From contig DATBXD010000234.1 in NCBI GenBank assembly GCA_036514475.1, positions 1 through 45,649 of the forward strand: DNA of 45,649 nucleotides, read 5' to 3'. Made by a program: the position numbers and the translations under genes. Shown here piece after piece: positions 35,730-45,567 of this stretch. The DNA comes from Nitrososphaerales archaeon. GTDB lineage: Archaea > Thermoproteota > Nitrososphaeria > Nitrososphaerales > JACPRH01. Every line of letters begins with the position of its first letter. Position 1 is the stretch's first letter. A model generated the notes under the pieces. The model had not been told where the DNA came from. It saw nothing but the letters and a program-made list of their open reading frames with translations, and searched no databases.

Positions 35730-37697
35730 TTGGATATTTCAGGTCTAGAGCTCCGATACGTAATTTCCAAGTTGAACAGCAGTGTGTTTGATTATTATGT
35801 TAATAATGTTTATCTAATTAACGATAAGTCAATTCTGATTAAATTCCATCACAGCGAGAAGGCTGAAGTATGGATGGTTTTAGATACTGAGAGAGGCATT
35901 TGGATTACCAAACGAGATATTGGGAAAGAAAGTGGTGAATTTTCTACCAAGCTCAAGAAAGAAATTCTAAGGTTAAAGTTTAGAGGAGCATCCCAGCCAG
36001 GAAGTGAAAGAATAGCTATCCTCGAGTTCGGCGTCGTTCCTGATTCAAGAAGAGTTGTTCTGGAGTTCTTCGGTGGAGGAAATATTGTCGTGACGGATAA
36101 TGAGGGGCTTATCCGCTGTTTTCTAAGGCCTTTGAACGTTAGGCACAGAGTTATTAGAATGGGTGTGCATTACCAGTTGCCACCAGGCAGAGGAATTGAC
36201 GTCACTGTCTTTGACAAAGTTAATCTTTCACGTCTCCAGGAGAGTGACTTAGAGGTTTCAAGATGGCTGGGGCGAAATCTATCTCTTTCTAAGAAATATG
36301 TTGAGGAGTCGATGTACCTCGCCGGGATTAGTAGCGGGATTGAAGGAAAAAACGTGTCGGATAATGAGGTAACTAAGCTGTATAACAGCATCAAGAAGGT
36401 AGTGGAGATGACCTCTTCAGGAGACGTTGAACCTACTGTTGTTTATGTTAACGGTGAACCTCTAGATGCTACACCATTCAAACTTAAGGCTTATGAAGGG
36501 TTTGAGAGCAAGCGTTTCGATACGTTTATGGAGGCTTTGGATGAAGTTCTACCTCACGATCTCCTATCATCATCTATTGAGACGAATTTCAGTCCTTTGA
36601 GAGGAAAAATAGAGGAGTTGAGAAAATCAGTATTACAACAAACGGCGTTCGAGAAAAGCACTAAGGAAAAGGCTTTGGAATTAAGGGTGTTCGCTGAAAA
36701 ACTTCAAAGTATTGCTTTTCAGGCTCCTGATTTGAAAAGATTACCCCAAGAAACATTGAAGGACCTCGGAGCTTCAACAATTTCAATTATGAAGGGAAGA
36801 TTAAGTCTGAGTATTAGTGGAGTAGTTGTTGAGGCCGATAGTTCGGGTTCAATCATGAAACTTTCTTCTCAAGTTTTTGGTGAGTCTAAGGATTTAGAGA
36901 GAAAGTTGGAGCCTCTAGAGAAAGCTCAAATGAAATTGATGAAAGAAATTGAGAAACTTGAAAGCAAACTTGAAGAAAGAACCGCCGAAGCGCAAAACGA
37001 TAAACTTGAGGTGAAGAGGGAGAAATCATGGTATGAGAGGTACCGATGGTTTAGAACTTCAGAAGGGTTACTCGTTGTTTTTGGAAGGGACACCTCGACT
37101 AATAGTATTATTATTAATAAATATGCCGAAGATAAAGATATGGTGTTTCATGCTGATCTTCATGGCTCACCGTTCCTAGTGCTGAAGGAGGGGACCCCGT
37201 TGAATGAGAAAAGTATTAACGAGTCTGCCCAGGCTGTTGTGTCGTTTAGTAGAGCTTGGAAGGATGGTTTCTCATCAGCAGATGCTTACTGGGTGTTGCC
37301 AGATCAGGTTAAGAAGCATGCCCCGTCAGGTATGTATTTGGCGAAAGGAAGCTTTCTAATTCAAGGTGTTAAGAACTACGTTAAGAACCTGAAGGTTGAG
37401 TGCGCCGTCGGAGTTACTGAAATAGATGGAAACCTAACAGTTATGTCCGGCCCGTTAGATGCGGTTAGAAAAAACTCGATTGCGTACGACGTCATAATCC
37501 CAGATAAAGGCAAGATTAGTGACCTAGCTAAGAAAATAAGAGCTGATATCATATTTCTAATGGAAAAAGAACATGTGAAATTAAGCCGAATATCTCTTGA
37601 CGACTTTGTCAGGGCTTTGCCGGCTGGCGGAGGAAGAGTCGTTAGTAGAAAATTAGGTGAACAAATATATACTGATGGAAGCCCTACAGCTAATTGA
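35730..37697 (+). CDS. NFACT-family protein (Rqc2/Tae2/FbpA homologue, ribosome quality control)
   Basis: NFACT-N start (ISGLELRYVISKLN), a central coiled coil (KLEPLEKAQMKLMKEIEKLESKLEE), and an NFACT-R/DUF814 motif VFHADLHGSPFLVLKEG. TTG start. Confidence 0.85.
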   Translation: MDISGLELRYVISKLNSSVFDYYVNNVYLINDKSILIKFHHSEKAEVWMVLDTERGIWITKRDIGKESGEFSTKLKKEILRLKFRGASQPGSERIAILEFGVVPDSRRVVLEFFGGGNIVVTDNEGLIRCFLRPLNVRHRVIRMGVHYQLPPGRGIDVTVFDKVNLSRLQESDLEVSRWLGRNLSLSKKYVEESMYLAGISSGIEGKNVSDNEVTKLYNSIKKVVEMTSSGDVEPTVVYVNGEPLDATPFKLKAYEGFESKRFDTFMEALDEVLPHDLLSSSIETNFSPLRGKIEELRKSVLQQTAFEKSTKEKALELRVFAEKLQSIAFQAPDLKRLPQETLKDLGASTISIMKGRLSLSISGVVVEADSSGSIMKLSSQVFGESKDLERKLEPLEKAQMKLMKEIEKLESKLEERTAEAQNDKLEVKREKSWYERYRWFRTSEGLLVVFGRDTSTNSIIINKYAEDKDMVFHADLHGSPFLVLKEGTPLNEKSINESAQAVVSFSRAWKDGFSSADAYWVLPDQVKKHAPSGMYLAKGSFLIQGVKNYVKNLKVECAVGVTEIDGNLTVMSGPLDAVRKNSIAYDVIIPDKGKISDLAKKIRADIIFLMEKEHVKLSRISLDDFVRALPAGGGRVVSRKLGEQIYTDGSPTAN

Positions 37698-38299
37698 GAC
37701 GAGTTTTGTCTGGAATAAATCCTGCAGCGAGGGAAAAAGTCAGAATCCGTGAGGTAATGAACAGCCCTGTTATCACAGGCACGGAGAAAGAAACTGTTGT
37801 TGAAATAGCTAAGAGAATGACTGACTGTAAAGTGGGTAGTGTGGTTATAATGAAGAATCATGCGGCCGTAGGTGTAGTAACTGACGGCGACATTGTCTCG
37901 AAATTAGTTACGAAGAACAAGAAGCCAAGCGAAGTTTTCGCTAAAGATGTGATGTCAAGTCCACTCGTAACGATACGTGATGATGCAGAGGTTAACGATG
38001 CAGCGAGATTGATGAGGAAGAAAGGCGTTAAGAGGCTGGGAGTCACTGATAATGGAAAGCTTATGGGCATGGTTTCAATTTCGGATATAGTCGCTGTAAA
38101 TCCTGAGGTATATGCAATAATAGCTGAAAAGGCACGTATCTTAGCTGGCCAATCCATGGGGATGACAAAGCATCTAGCAGGGATCTGCGATGAATGCGAA
38201 CAGTGGTCAGACGATCTAACACGCGTTGAAAATAAAAACATCTGCTACGACTGCAACACTGAAGAGACTACTGAAACAATAATAGACGATGAAGGCTAA
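37694..38299 (+). CDS. CBS-domain pair protein with a C-terminal zinc ribbon
   Basis: Two CBS repeats (VREVMNSPVIT..., AKDVMSSPLVTI...) followed by CDECEQW...CYDC. It overlaps the NFACT stop by 4 nt. Confidence 0.8.
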   Translation: MRRVLSGINPAAREKVRIREVMNSPVITGTEKETVVEIAKRMTDCKVGSVVIMKNHAAVGVVTDGDIVSKLVTKNKKPSEVFAKDVMSSPLVTIRDDAEVNDAARLMRKKGVKRLGVTDNGKLMGMVSISDIVAVNPEVYAIIAEKARILAGQSMGMTKHLAGICDECEQWSDDLTRVENKNICYDCNTEETTETIIDDEG

Positions 38300-38577
38300 C
38301 TGATTTTCGTTAAAGCCGGATAATTAGATTAAGTACCAACCAAATTAGTTTAGAAAATAATTCATACATTTTTTCATGATATCATTCTGTGCCTGAGGTC
38401 TGAGAAAATCTGACAAGCCCATTCAAACTGCTCAAACACTATAATCTCAAAACAAGAAAACGGAAAAGCTAAACTCGACATAGGTCGCCTAATGTCCTCG
38501 TTTGAAAAAAAAGATGTGACAGGATGAGATAAATAGAAAGATTCAACAAGCTACAAAGTTGAAGCAGGATATCGGTT

Positions 38578-39216
38578 TTGAGTCGCCATATGGAGTTCTC
38601 TGACGAGGAAGGCGCTATTCTTGTTAAACTTGCTCGAAAAGCGATTGAGACGTACTTGAAGGGCTCAATTGTATTGAAACCATCTAAAGAATTAGATGAT
38701 AAGTTTTACCAGAAGATGGGGGTCTTTGTTACGCTAAACAAACTCTTTCAAAATAAAAAAGAGTTACGAGGTTGTATAGGTCATCCTTACCCAGAGACAC
38801 GTCTTGTCGAGGCAGTGATAGGTTCAGCTGTTTCTGCGGCAGTTAATGATACTAGATTTGAAGAAGTATCTTCAGAGGATTTGGAAAGCATTGTTATTGA
38901 GGTGAGTGTTTTAACCCCTCCTGAGATTATCTCTGTAAAATCACCAAGAGATATTCCGAAGTATGTGAATGTAGGTGAAGATGGTTTAATAGTGAAATGG
39001 CGTTTTGGCAGCGGTTTGTTGCTGCCTCAGGTTGCGGTTGAGTATATGTGGAACGCTGAAGATTTTCTCAGCCAAACTTGCATAAAAGCTGGAGCAACCC
39101 CTGATTTATGGCTTTCAGGTGATGTGAAAGTCTATAAGTTCAAAGCAATCATCTTCGATGAGAAAGCCCCAAATGGAATGGTGACAAGGAGAGAGAATAA
39201 AGGGGATTATCATTGA
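38578..39216 (+). CDS. AMMECR1-domain protein
   Basis: LRGCIGHPYP signature. The likelier start is ATG 38590 (MEFSDEEG). Confidence 0.85.
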   Translation: MSRHMEFSDEEGAILVKLARKAIETYLKGSIVLKPSKELDDKFYQKMGVFVTLNKLFQNKKELRGCIGHPYPETRLVEAVIGSAVSAAVNDTRFEEVSSEDLESIVIEVSVLTPPEIISVKSPRDIPKYVNVGEDGLIVKWRFGSGLLLPQVAVEYMWNAEDFLSQTCIKAGATPDLWLSGDVKVYKFKAIIFDEKAPNGMVTRRENKGDYH

Positions 39217-40382
39217 GTCGAAGAATACATTTTGCAGTTTTTGGCTCAGGACTTGGACACTGTTCAAGAACGAGTCTTATCGCGGACATTATGAGAAGGA
39301 ATGGGAATACTGTAAATTTCTCTTCATCTAATAACGCGGTTGATTATCTTCGGAACAAGGGGTATAGGTGCGACCGTGTCGCTTCTGTCGACGCTGAATG
39401 GAATGTTGATGGTGGGGTATCTGTATCTAAGACGACCAAACGGACGCCTTCACTCTTCTCAAGATTTGCACAACAGGTTAGGCAGGAAAATCAGATTATG
39501 AGTCGATTCAAACCTGACTTGGTCATATCAGATTCAAGGCTTTCGGCCGTCGTTGTAGCTAGCTTAAGAGGTATCCCGTCGGTAACTATCGCGAATCAGC
39601 TAAGGATTCTCCTTCCCCCACTCTATCAAGATACAAGCCTAAACAGGATAGAGATGCTTGACGCTGAGATTCTGGGGTTTTTCTGGTCGTTCAGCAAGTT
39701 TGTGCTAATTCCGGATCTCCCGCCACCCTACACAGTATCTGTAAAAAATATTCAAGACATCAAGACCGTCAGAAGAAAGATCAGATATGTAGGATTCATG
39801 ACTCCTTTAACTATTTTTGATAGGGAGCATCTTGCGAAACTTTCCCGTGTATTAGAATTGGAAAAAGGAAAGAAAGTTGTTTTCGCCCAGATTAGTGGAC
39901 CTACCTATACTCGTGAAAATTTGTGCGAAATAATGGTTAAGGCCGCTGATGCCACATCTGATAGATTCACTTGGATAGTTTCCCGAGGAGATGTTGGTGG
40001 AAATGAGAGGCCGTTGAAGATTAAAGGGGGTTGGATGTTTCAATGGTGCCCGTTGAAAGATGAACTTTTCGCTTTGGCAGACATTCTCATTATTAGAGGG
40101 GGACACTCAACTATATCCACAGCTATTATGAATGGAAAACCGATGATCACAATCCCGATAGTGAATCACAGTGAGCAGGTGGCAAATTCAAAAACCGTTG
40201 AAAAAATGGGTTTAGGGATGTTCGCTGACCAGACAATGTTGACTAGTGGAAAGCTTGCGTCGATGATTAATGATGTAATTGGTGATGAGATAATTATGAA
40301 GAGGGTGCTTGAGGTTAAGGGTGTTGCAAATAAAATGAATGGGGTAGAGAATATCTTGAAACGCGTTGAAACGTTACTTTGA
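39213..40382 (+). CDS. GT28/GT1-like glycosyltransferase (MurG / MGT-like fold)
   Basis: N-terminal FAVFGSGLGHCSRT and C-terminal IIRGGHSTISTAIMNGKPMITIPIVNHSEQ. The TTG start overlaps the AMMECR1 stop (TTGA). Confidence 0.75.
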   Translation: MSRRIHFAVFGSGLGHCSRTSLIADIMRRNGNTVNFSSSNNAVDYLRNKGYRCDRVASVDAEWNVDGGVSVSKTTKRTPSLFSRFAQQVRQENQIMSRFKPDLVISDSRLSAVVVASLRGIPSVTIANQLRILLPPLYQDTSLNRIEMLDAEILGFFWSFSKFVLIPDLPPPYTVSVKNIQDIKTVRRKIRYVGFMTPLTIFDREHLAKLSRVLELEKGKKVVFAQISGPTYTRENLCEIMVKAADATSDRFTWIVSRGDVGGNERPLKIKGGWMFQWCPLKDELFALADILIIRGGHSTISTAIMNGKPMITIPIVNHSEQVANSKTVEKMGLGMFADQTMLTSGKLASMINDVIGDEIIMKRVLEVKGVANKMNGVENILKRVETLL

Positions 40383-41837
40383 TCTTTTGACGCCGAATAG
40401 TTTCTCATTTACAATTCTGTGCGCTGAAGTAGGATCTACTTGACCTCTGGATTGACGCATTATCTGGCCAATTAGAAAGTTTATGGCTTTCTCATCCTTT
40501 GTCGCATCTTCTACAGCCTTGGGATTATCGCTAAACACTTTCTCAATGATGTTTTCGACGAATGAAGAGTCAGTTATGACTTTCAAGTCTTTGGATTGAG
40601 CTATTTGCCTTGGCATTCTCCCTGTTTTTAGCATATCTAGAAAGATTGTTTTCGCCGAGCTTCTGCTGACTTCTGAGTTGTGAACCATATCTGATAGTTC
40701 TGCGAAGTGTTTAGAGGTGGCTTTCAAGTCTTTAAGGTCCTCTCCGCGCTCGTTAAGATATGCTTGAAGATCTACTGTTAGCCAGCTTGCAACTTCTCGG
40801 GCGTCTTTGCTTGATTTCAATATATCCTCGAAGAAGTCAGCGAGTGTCTTCTCCCTCACAAGGAGTTGAGATGTTTCCTGAGATAGAGAGTTTTCTTTCT
40901 GGAAGCGTTTAGCTCTTTCTATAGGGAGCTCGGGCATTTCTTTTGTAACATTGTCGATATACTGTTTCTCAATTGTGATAGGTGGTAGATCTGCCTCTGG
41001 AAAATAGCGGTAGTCTTGCTCCTCCTCTTTAACTCTTAGAGATATCGTGATTCTTCTTATGTCGTCCCAGTGTCTTGTTTCCTGAACTATCGTGATGCCT
41101 TTAGAAGTCAGGCTTTTCTGACGGGTTATTTCGAAGTTGAGTGCGCGTTCGACTTCTTTGAATGATGAAATGTTCTTCACCTCGACTCGTCTTCCACCTG
41201 TTAATGAAATGTTTGCGTCACATCTGACGGACCCTTCTAGACCGGGGTTTGACACCCCTAGGTGTTCGAGTATTGAACTTAGTTTATTTAGAAACTCTCG
41301 TGCCTCTTTGGGGTTCGTCATGTCTGGGTCAGTCACTATTTCAATTAATGCAATTCCAGCGCGGTTGTAATCAACAAGGGTTTGTGTGGAAGAGTCGATT
41401 GTTCCGTCGTAGTTGAGCTTAGCGGGGTCTTCCTCGAGGTGCATCCGCCCTATCTTTATCTTCTTCCCGCTGTCTAGGATTATTGATCCGTCCGTTGCGA
41501 ACGGGACGCCTCCTGCTCTGTCATACTGGGTTATTTGGAAGTTTTTAGACATATCAGGGTAGAAGTAGTTCTTTCTAAAGAAGAACATTCGTTTTGAAAT
41601 CTTGAAATTGAGAGCTATAGCAACCATAGCTGCGCAGTGCACTGCCTTCCTGTTCATGACGGGTAGGGAGCCTGGAGTCCCCATGCAGACGGGACAGATA
41701 GTTGTGTTGGGGGGCTTTCCACGGTAGTTAGAATCAGTATTGCAAAACAATTTGGTTTGAAGGCTTGTCAGCTGGCAGTGAACTTCTAGCCCTATCTTGA
41801 CTTTGCCTATTTCCTCAGACATGTGTAAATTCACCAA
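40374..41837 (-). CDS. gatB: Asp/Glu-tRNA amidotransferase subunit B
   Basis: GLEVHCQL, the PGSLPV region, and a C-terminal YqeY-like tail. The likely start is ATG 41822. Confidence 0.95.
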   Translation of the reverse strand: MVNLHMSEEIGKVKIGLEVHCQLTSLQTKLFCNTDSNYRGKPPNTTICPVCMGTPGSLPVMNRKAVHCAAMVAIALNFKISKRMFFFRKNYFYPDMSKNFQITQYDRAGGVPFATDGSIILDSGKKIKIGRMHLEEDPAKLNYDGTIDSSTQTLVDYNRAGIALIEIVTDPDMTNPKEAREFLNKLSSILEHLGVSNPGLEGSVRCDANISLTGGRRVEVKNISSFKEVERALNFEITRQKSLTSKGITIVQETRHWDDIRRITISLRVKEEEQDYRYFPEADLPPITIEKQYIDNVTKEMPELPIERAKRFQKENSLSQETSQLLVREKTLADFFEDILKSSKDAREVASWLTVDLQAYLNERGEDLKDLKATSKHFAELSDMVHNSEVSRSSAKTIFLDMLKTGRMPRQIAQSKDLKVITDSSFVENIIEKVFSDNPKAVEDATKDEKAINFLIGQIMRQSRGQVDPTSAHRIVNEKLFGVKRSK

Positions 41838-43290
41838 TTGTTAAGTCTATTTTGACGCTACTCTCAATCATAAACCCGATTTTGAAAAGAATGTCTTCTC
41901 TGAACGGGGGCGCCATTATCTGAACACCGATGGGAAGCCCGTTGTACAAGCCTCCTGGTATGGAGATTGCCGGTATTCCGGTGAGGTTAGCCGGGACGGT
42001 GTCTATGTCGGACATGTAGAGACTTAAGGGATCATTTATTTTTTCACCAAGCTTGAAAGGAAGTATCGGCATTGACGGAGCGATTAGCACGTTGAATTTT
42101 TTAAACGCAGATTCGAACCCTCTTTTTAACAGGGTTCTAATCTTTTGAGCTTTCAAATAATATTGATCGAAGTAGCCTGCTGAAAGCGCATATGTTCCTA
42201 GCATTACGCGGCGTCTAACTTCAGCTCCAAATCCCTGACGTCGATTCTTTGAGAATGCCGAGCTCCAGTCCAATGACCCGTCAGGTGTTCTATAACCGTA
42301 TCTTAAACCATCGTAGCGAGCTAGATTTGACGATGCTTCAGACATTGCGACTATGTAGTAAGCCGCTAAGGCATACTTTAGAGTTGGGATAGATATTTCA
42401 ATGTATTCTGCACCGAGTTTCTCCAGATTGTGGATTGCGCTCCAAACTGTTTTTGAGACAGCTTCGTGAACGCCTTCCTGGAAGAATTCTTTGGGCACAC
42501 CTATTTTCAAGCCTGATATCGGTTTGCTCGTATTCTTTACGAGATCTCGAGCAGGGGATATGCTGGATGTAGAGTCTTTTTCATCGTGACCGCTTATGCA
42601 ATCCATAAGTAAGGCACAGCTTCTAACGTCTCTTGATAGAGGCCCAATTTGGTCTAAACTATTAGCGTATGATATTAAGCCGTATCTGCTCACGGAGCCG
42701 TAAGTGGGTTTTAGCCCTACGACTGAACAGAATCCCGCCGGAGACCTTATTGAGCCTCCTGTGTCTGAGCCAAGTGAGAGAGAGGTTTCTAATGCTGATA
42801 CTGATGCTGCACTCCCTCCTGATGAACCTCCGGGTACTTTCGAAATGTCCCACGGGTTTCTGGTAGGACCGTAGAAGCTGTGCTCTGTTGAGCTTCCCAT
42901 TGCGAATTCATCTAGGTTAGTCTTTCCAATTATCAATCCGTTTTCACCAAGTATCTTCTCAATAACGGTAGCGTTGTATGGAGCTACGAAGTTATCTAGC
43001 ATTCTAGACCCGCATGTTGCACGGACTCCTTTGACGCAGATATTGTCTTTGATAGCTATAGGAAGACCTGCTAACTTTCCTAGCTTAACTCCTCTCTTTA
43101 GTTGTTTGTCGACGGTCCTAGCTTTTTCAAGAGTTGTTTCACCTAAAACGGTGATATACGCATGTATCGTAGGCTCAACCTTCCCTATTCTATCAATCGT
43201 CGCCGCAGTATACTCTTCTGAGGATACTTCTTGGCTGGCAATCTTTTCAACGATTTGCCAAACCGGAGTTTCGAGAAGTCTACGAGCCAA
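41815..43290 (-). CDS. gatA: Asp/Glu-tRNA amidotransferase subunit A
   Basis: Amidase signature GGSSGGSAASV and GSDTGGSIRSPA. TTG start. Confidence 0.95.
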   Translation of the reverse strand: MARRLLETPVWQIVEKIASQEVSSEEYTAATIDRIGKVEPTIHAYITVLGETTLEKARTVDKQLKRGVKLGKLAGLPIAIKDNICVKGVRATCGSRMLDNFVAPYNATVIEKILGENGLIIGKTNLDEFAMGSSTEHSFYGPTRNPWDISKVPGGSSGGSAASVSALETSLSLGSDTGGSIRSPAGFCSVVGLKPTYGSVSRYGLISYANSLDQIGPLSRDVRSCALLMDCISGHDEKDSTSSISPARDLVKNTSKPISGLKIGVPKEFFQEGVHEAVSKTVWSAIHNLEKLGAEYIEISIPTLKYALAAYYIVAMSEASSNLARYDGLRYGYRTPDGSLDWSSAFSKNRRQGFGAEVRRRVMLGTYALSAGYFDQYYLKAQKIRTLLKRGFESAFKKFNVLIAPSMPILPFKLGEKINDPLSLYMSDIDTVPANLTGIPAISIPGGLYNGLPIGVQIMAPPFREDILFKIGFMIESSVKIDLTIGEFTHV

Positions 43291-43433
43291 TTACAATAAC
43301 CATCTCATGGGAGGCTGGCGCTTATTGGTCAAATCTGCTTTAGGCCTAGAATGAAGCCAGTTATATGGTTTCTCGAAAATATTTTTTAGAACAATAAGAA
43401 TATAGTAGCTAAATAAGGGTTTAATTCGGCAGT

Positions 43434-43817
43434 TTACAGTTCAAGAGTTAGATTCTTCAACGTTTCCAAGTCTTCGTTAAACGCAGTTTCTACGTCTTTT
43501 ACTCCGATAGAGGATCTCATTTTGGTGAGGGCATACCCCGTGAGCATCATTGGAACACCTGGGATAACAGTAATCGGCTCTGGAAGAAGTGTTAACGCTA
43601 AGCCGACTTTGAACAACTTCTTACCTGGAGACGAGCTTTTTAGAACATCCTTAATGGATTCGGAGACGGGTGCGGCGTCTATCTTTATTGTTGAAAAGAA
43701 TTCGGCGCGATCTTTCAAGTTTCTAGCTATGATGTTGATCTTCTCAGCTTGCACCTTGATGTCACTCATATCGTTAGCTGTTTTGAATTGCGGTTTATAC
43801 TTGAAGGTCAAGTTCAA
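43434..43817 (-). CDS. Hypothetical protein lying between gatC and gatA
   Basis: 127-aa ORF (an alternative ATG at 43769 gives MSDIKVQ...). It has a hydrophobic central segment, LFKVGLALTLLPEPITVIPGVPMMLTGYAL, and I recognise no family. Confidence 0.45.
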   Translation of the reverse strand: MNLTFKYKPQFKTANDMSDIKVQAEKINIIARNLKDRAEFFSTIKIDAAPVSESIKDVLKSSSPGKKLFKVGLALTLLPEPITVIPGVPMMLTGYALTKMRSSIGVKDVETAFNEDLETLKNLTLEL

Positions 43818-43928
43818 TTACAGCGTTGAATATAATAAAATAGACAACTACTTCCCTACAAATTGAATTCATTTTCAACATTACTTCTAAGAATAATATG
43901 TAGTATTTAGTGCTACTTTTTTGTCGTC

Positions 43929-44231
43929 TTATTTCCTTGTCATTCTAGGTGCTTTTATTGACCGTTCTTTTACTTGTGATGCATTTCCAAGCAGTATGTC
44001 TGCGTCTAGTGTCTGGGGAGTGTCTTCTCTGAATATGTTGAAAAGGTCGTGAACGTTGTATGTGGGGGGTATGTCTTTAGTGTCGACTTCGTTTATCATT
44101 TTGAAATACTCAAGTATTTCGTTTAGCTGATTTTTTAGGTTTGCAGCATCTTTCTTTGACAGTTCTATTTTAGATAGTTCTGAGAGGTGTTCAACGTCTT
44201 TTTCTGAAATAACCGGTTTTTCTTTAACCAT
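43929..44231 (-). CDS. gatC: Asp/Glu-tRNA amidotransferase subunit C
   Basis: 100 aa. ISEKDVEHLSELSKIELSKKDAANLKNQLNEILEYFKMINEVDT is typical of GatC. Confidence 0.85.
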   Translation of the reverse strand: MVKEKPVISEKDVEHLSELSKIELSKKDAANLKNQLNEILEYFKMINEVDTKDIPPTYNVHDLFNIFREDTPQTLDADILLGNASQVKERSIKAPRMTRK

Positions 44232-44244
44232 AGTCTCACTGGGG

Positions 44245-45567
44245 TTATGGAGTAAGTCTAAGTCTATCCCGTGGAAACAGGGTGACTTCTCTTATGTTTT
44301 CTTCACCTGTGATAACCATCATTAATCGATCCAAGCCCAACCCGAAGCCTGCGTGAGGAGGCATTCCGTAGTCGAAAAGCTTCAAGTGATATTCGAATAC
44401 CCGTGGTTTTAGGCCTTGTTCTTTTAGTCTTTTTGTTAGCTGGTTCTTGGAGCATACTCTAGTTCCTCCTGAGGATATTTCGAGAGGGCCAAACATAAGG
44501 TCGAAGGATTCAGATATTTCGGGTTTGCCGGTCTTTGGTTTGATGTAGAAGGGCTTGGATGTGGTTGGCCAGTCAGTTATGAAGTAAAAGCCTGATGTTA
44601 TTCTGCCGAGCTTCTTAGTTGATGAAGTGGTGATGTCTTCGCCCCAAGCGATCTTGTCACCAGCGTCATGAAGTATATCGATAGCTTCGCTGTAGGTGTA
44701 TCTTTTGAATGGAAGTTGGGGGATCTTAATCTCTATGCCTAGCTCTTTAGCCTCTTCCTTGCAAGTGTCAGCTACTCTCAGAAGGGTGTGATGCACTAGT
44801 CGCTCTAGGGTCTTCATAACGTCTTCATATGAGACGTATGCTTCTTCAACGTCTACGGAGATTATTTCAGATAAATGTTTGAGAGTCCGAGACGGCTCCG
44901 CTCGGAACACGGGGCCTATTTCGAAGACCTTCTCGAAGCTCATTGTTAGCTGCTCCTTGTAGAGCTGAGGGCTTTGAACAAGGAAAGCTTCTTTGTCATA
45001 GTATAGTACTGGGAACAACGCTGAACCCCCCTCAGTAGCTGAAGCTATAATCTTTGGGGTTTGAACTTCAAGGTAGCCGCTGTTACTTAGAAACTCACGT
45101 AATGCGAACAACGCAACGTGTCTAATCTTGAATATTGCTTGAGGCTTGGAACGCCTAAGCTCAAGAGATCTAATGTCGAGCCTCTTGTCAATGTTGGGAA
45201 GCTTCTCGCCAAATAGGCTGAACGGAGGGTCTCGTTTAGCTACGTTTAGAACCCTGATTTCTTCAGGAACTACTTCAGCCCCTCTTGGAGCCTTCTTAAT
45301 AGCCTTGATAGTTCCTTTAACGGCGACGACTGAGTAAAGTGGAAGATCCTCAAGGACATTCAGAACTTTGGACGGGGATTTGTCCTTAATAGCAGTCACC
45401 TGAACTATTCCATCTCGGTCTTGGAGGATAAGAAATGATATGCCTCCTTGGCGTCTTATGCTTGAAACCCAACCTGCGACTGTGACTTGAAACCCATCTA
45501 ATTCAGGTCCCAGTTCACTCGATATGTGTGTCCTGCGATAGTCTCCAATATCCTCCACTTTAACCAT
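44245..45567 (-). CDS. aspS: Aspartyl-tRNA synthetase (archaeal type, probably non-discriminating)
   Basis: N-terminal OB fold, class II motif 2 GPVFRAEPSRTLKHLSE and motif 3 GFGLGLDRLMM. It is directly followed by gatC. Confidence 0.95.
   Translation of the reverse strand: MVKVEDIGDYRRTHISSELGPELDGFQVTVAGWVSSIRRQGGISFLILQDRDGIVQVTAIKDKSPSKVLNVLEDLPLYSVVAVKGTIKAIKKAPRGAEVVPEEIRVLNVAKRDPPFSLFGEKLPNIDKRLDIRSLELRRSKPQAIFKIRHVALFALREFLSNSGYLEVQTPKIIASATEGGSALFPVLYYDKEAFLVQSPQLYKEQLTMSFEKVFEIGPVFRAEPSRTLKHLSEIISVDVEEAYVSYEDVMKTLERLVHHTLLRVADTCKEEAKELGIEIKIPQLPFKRYTYSEAIDILHDAGDKIAWGEDITTSSTKKLGRITSGFYFITDWPTTSKPFYIKPKTGKPEISESFDLMFGPLEISSGGTRVCSKNQLTKRLKEQGLKPRVFEYHLKLFDYGMPPHAGFGLGLDRLMMVITGEENIREVTLFPRDRLRLTP

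Noticed and set aside
37376-37861. 161-aa ORF on the minus strand
   Set aside because: It is antisense to the NFACT 3' end and the CBS gene start. It has no recognisable motifs, and both sense genes have strong family signatures.
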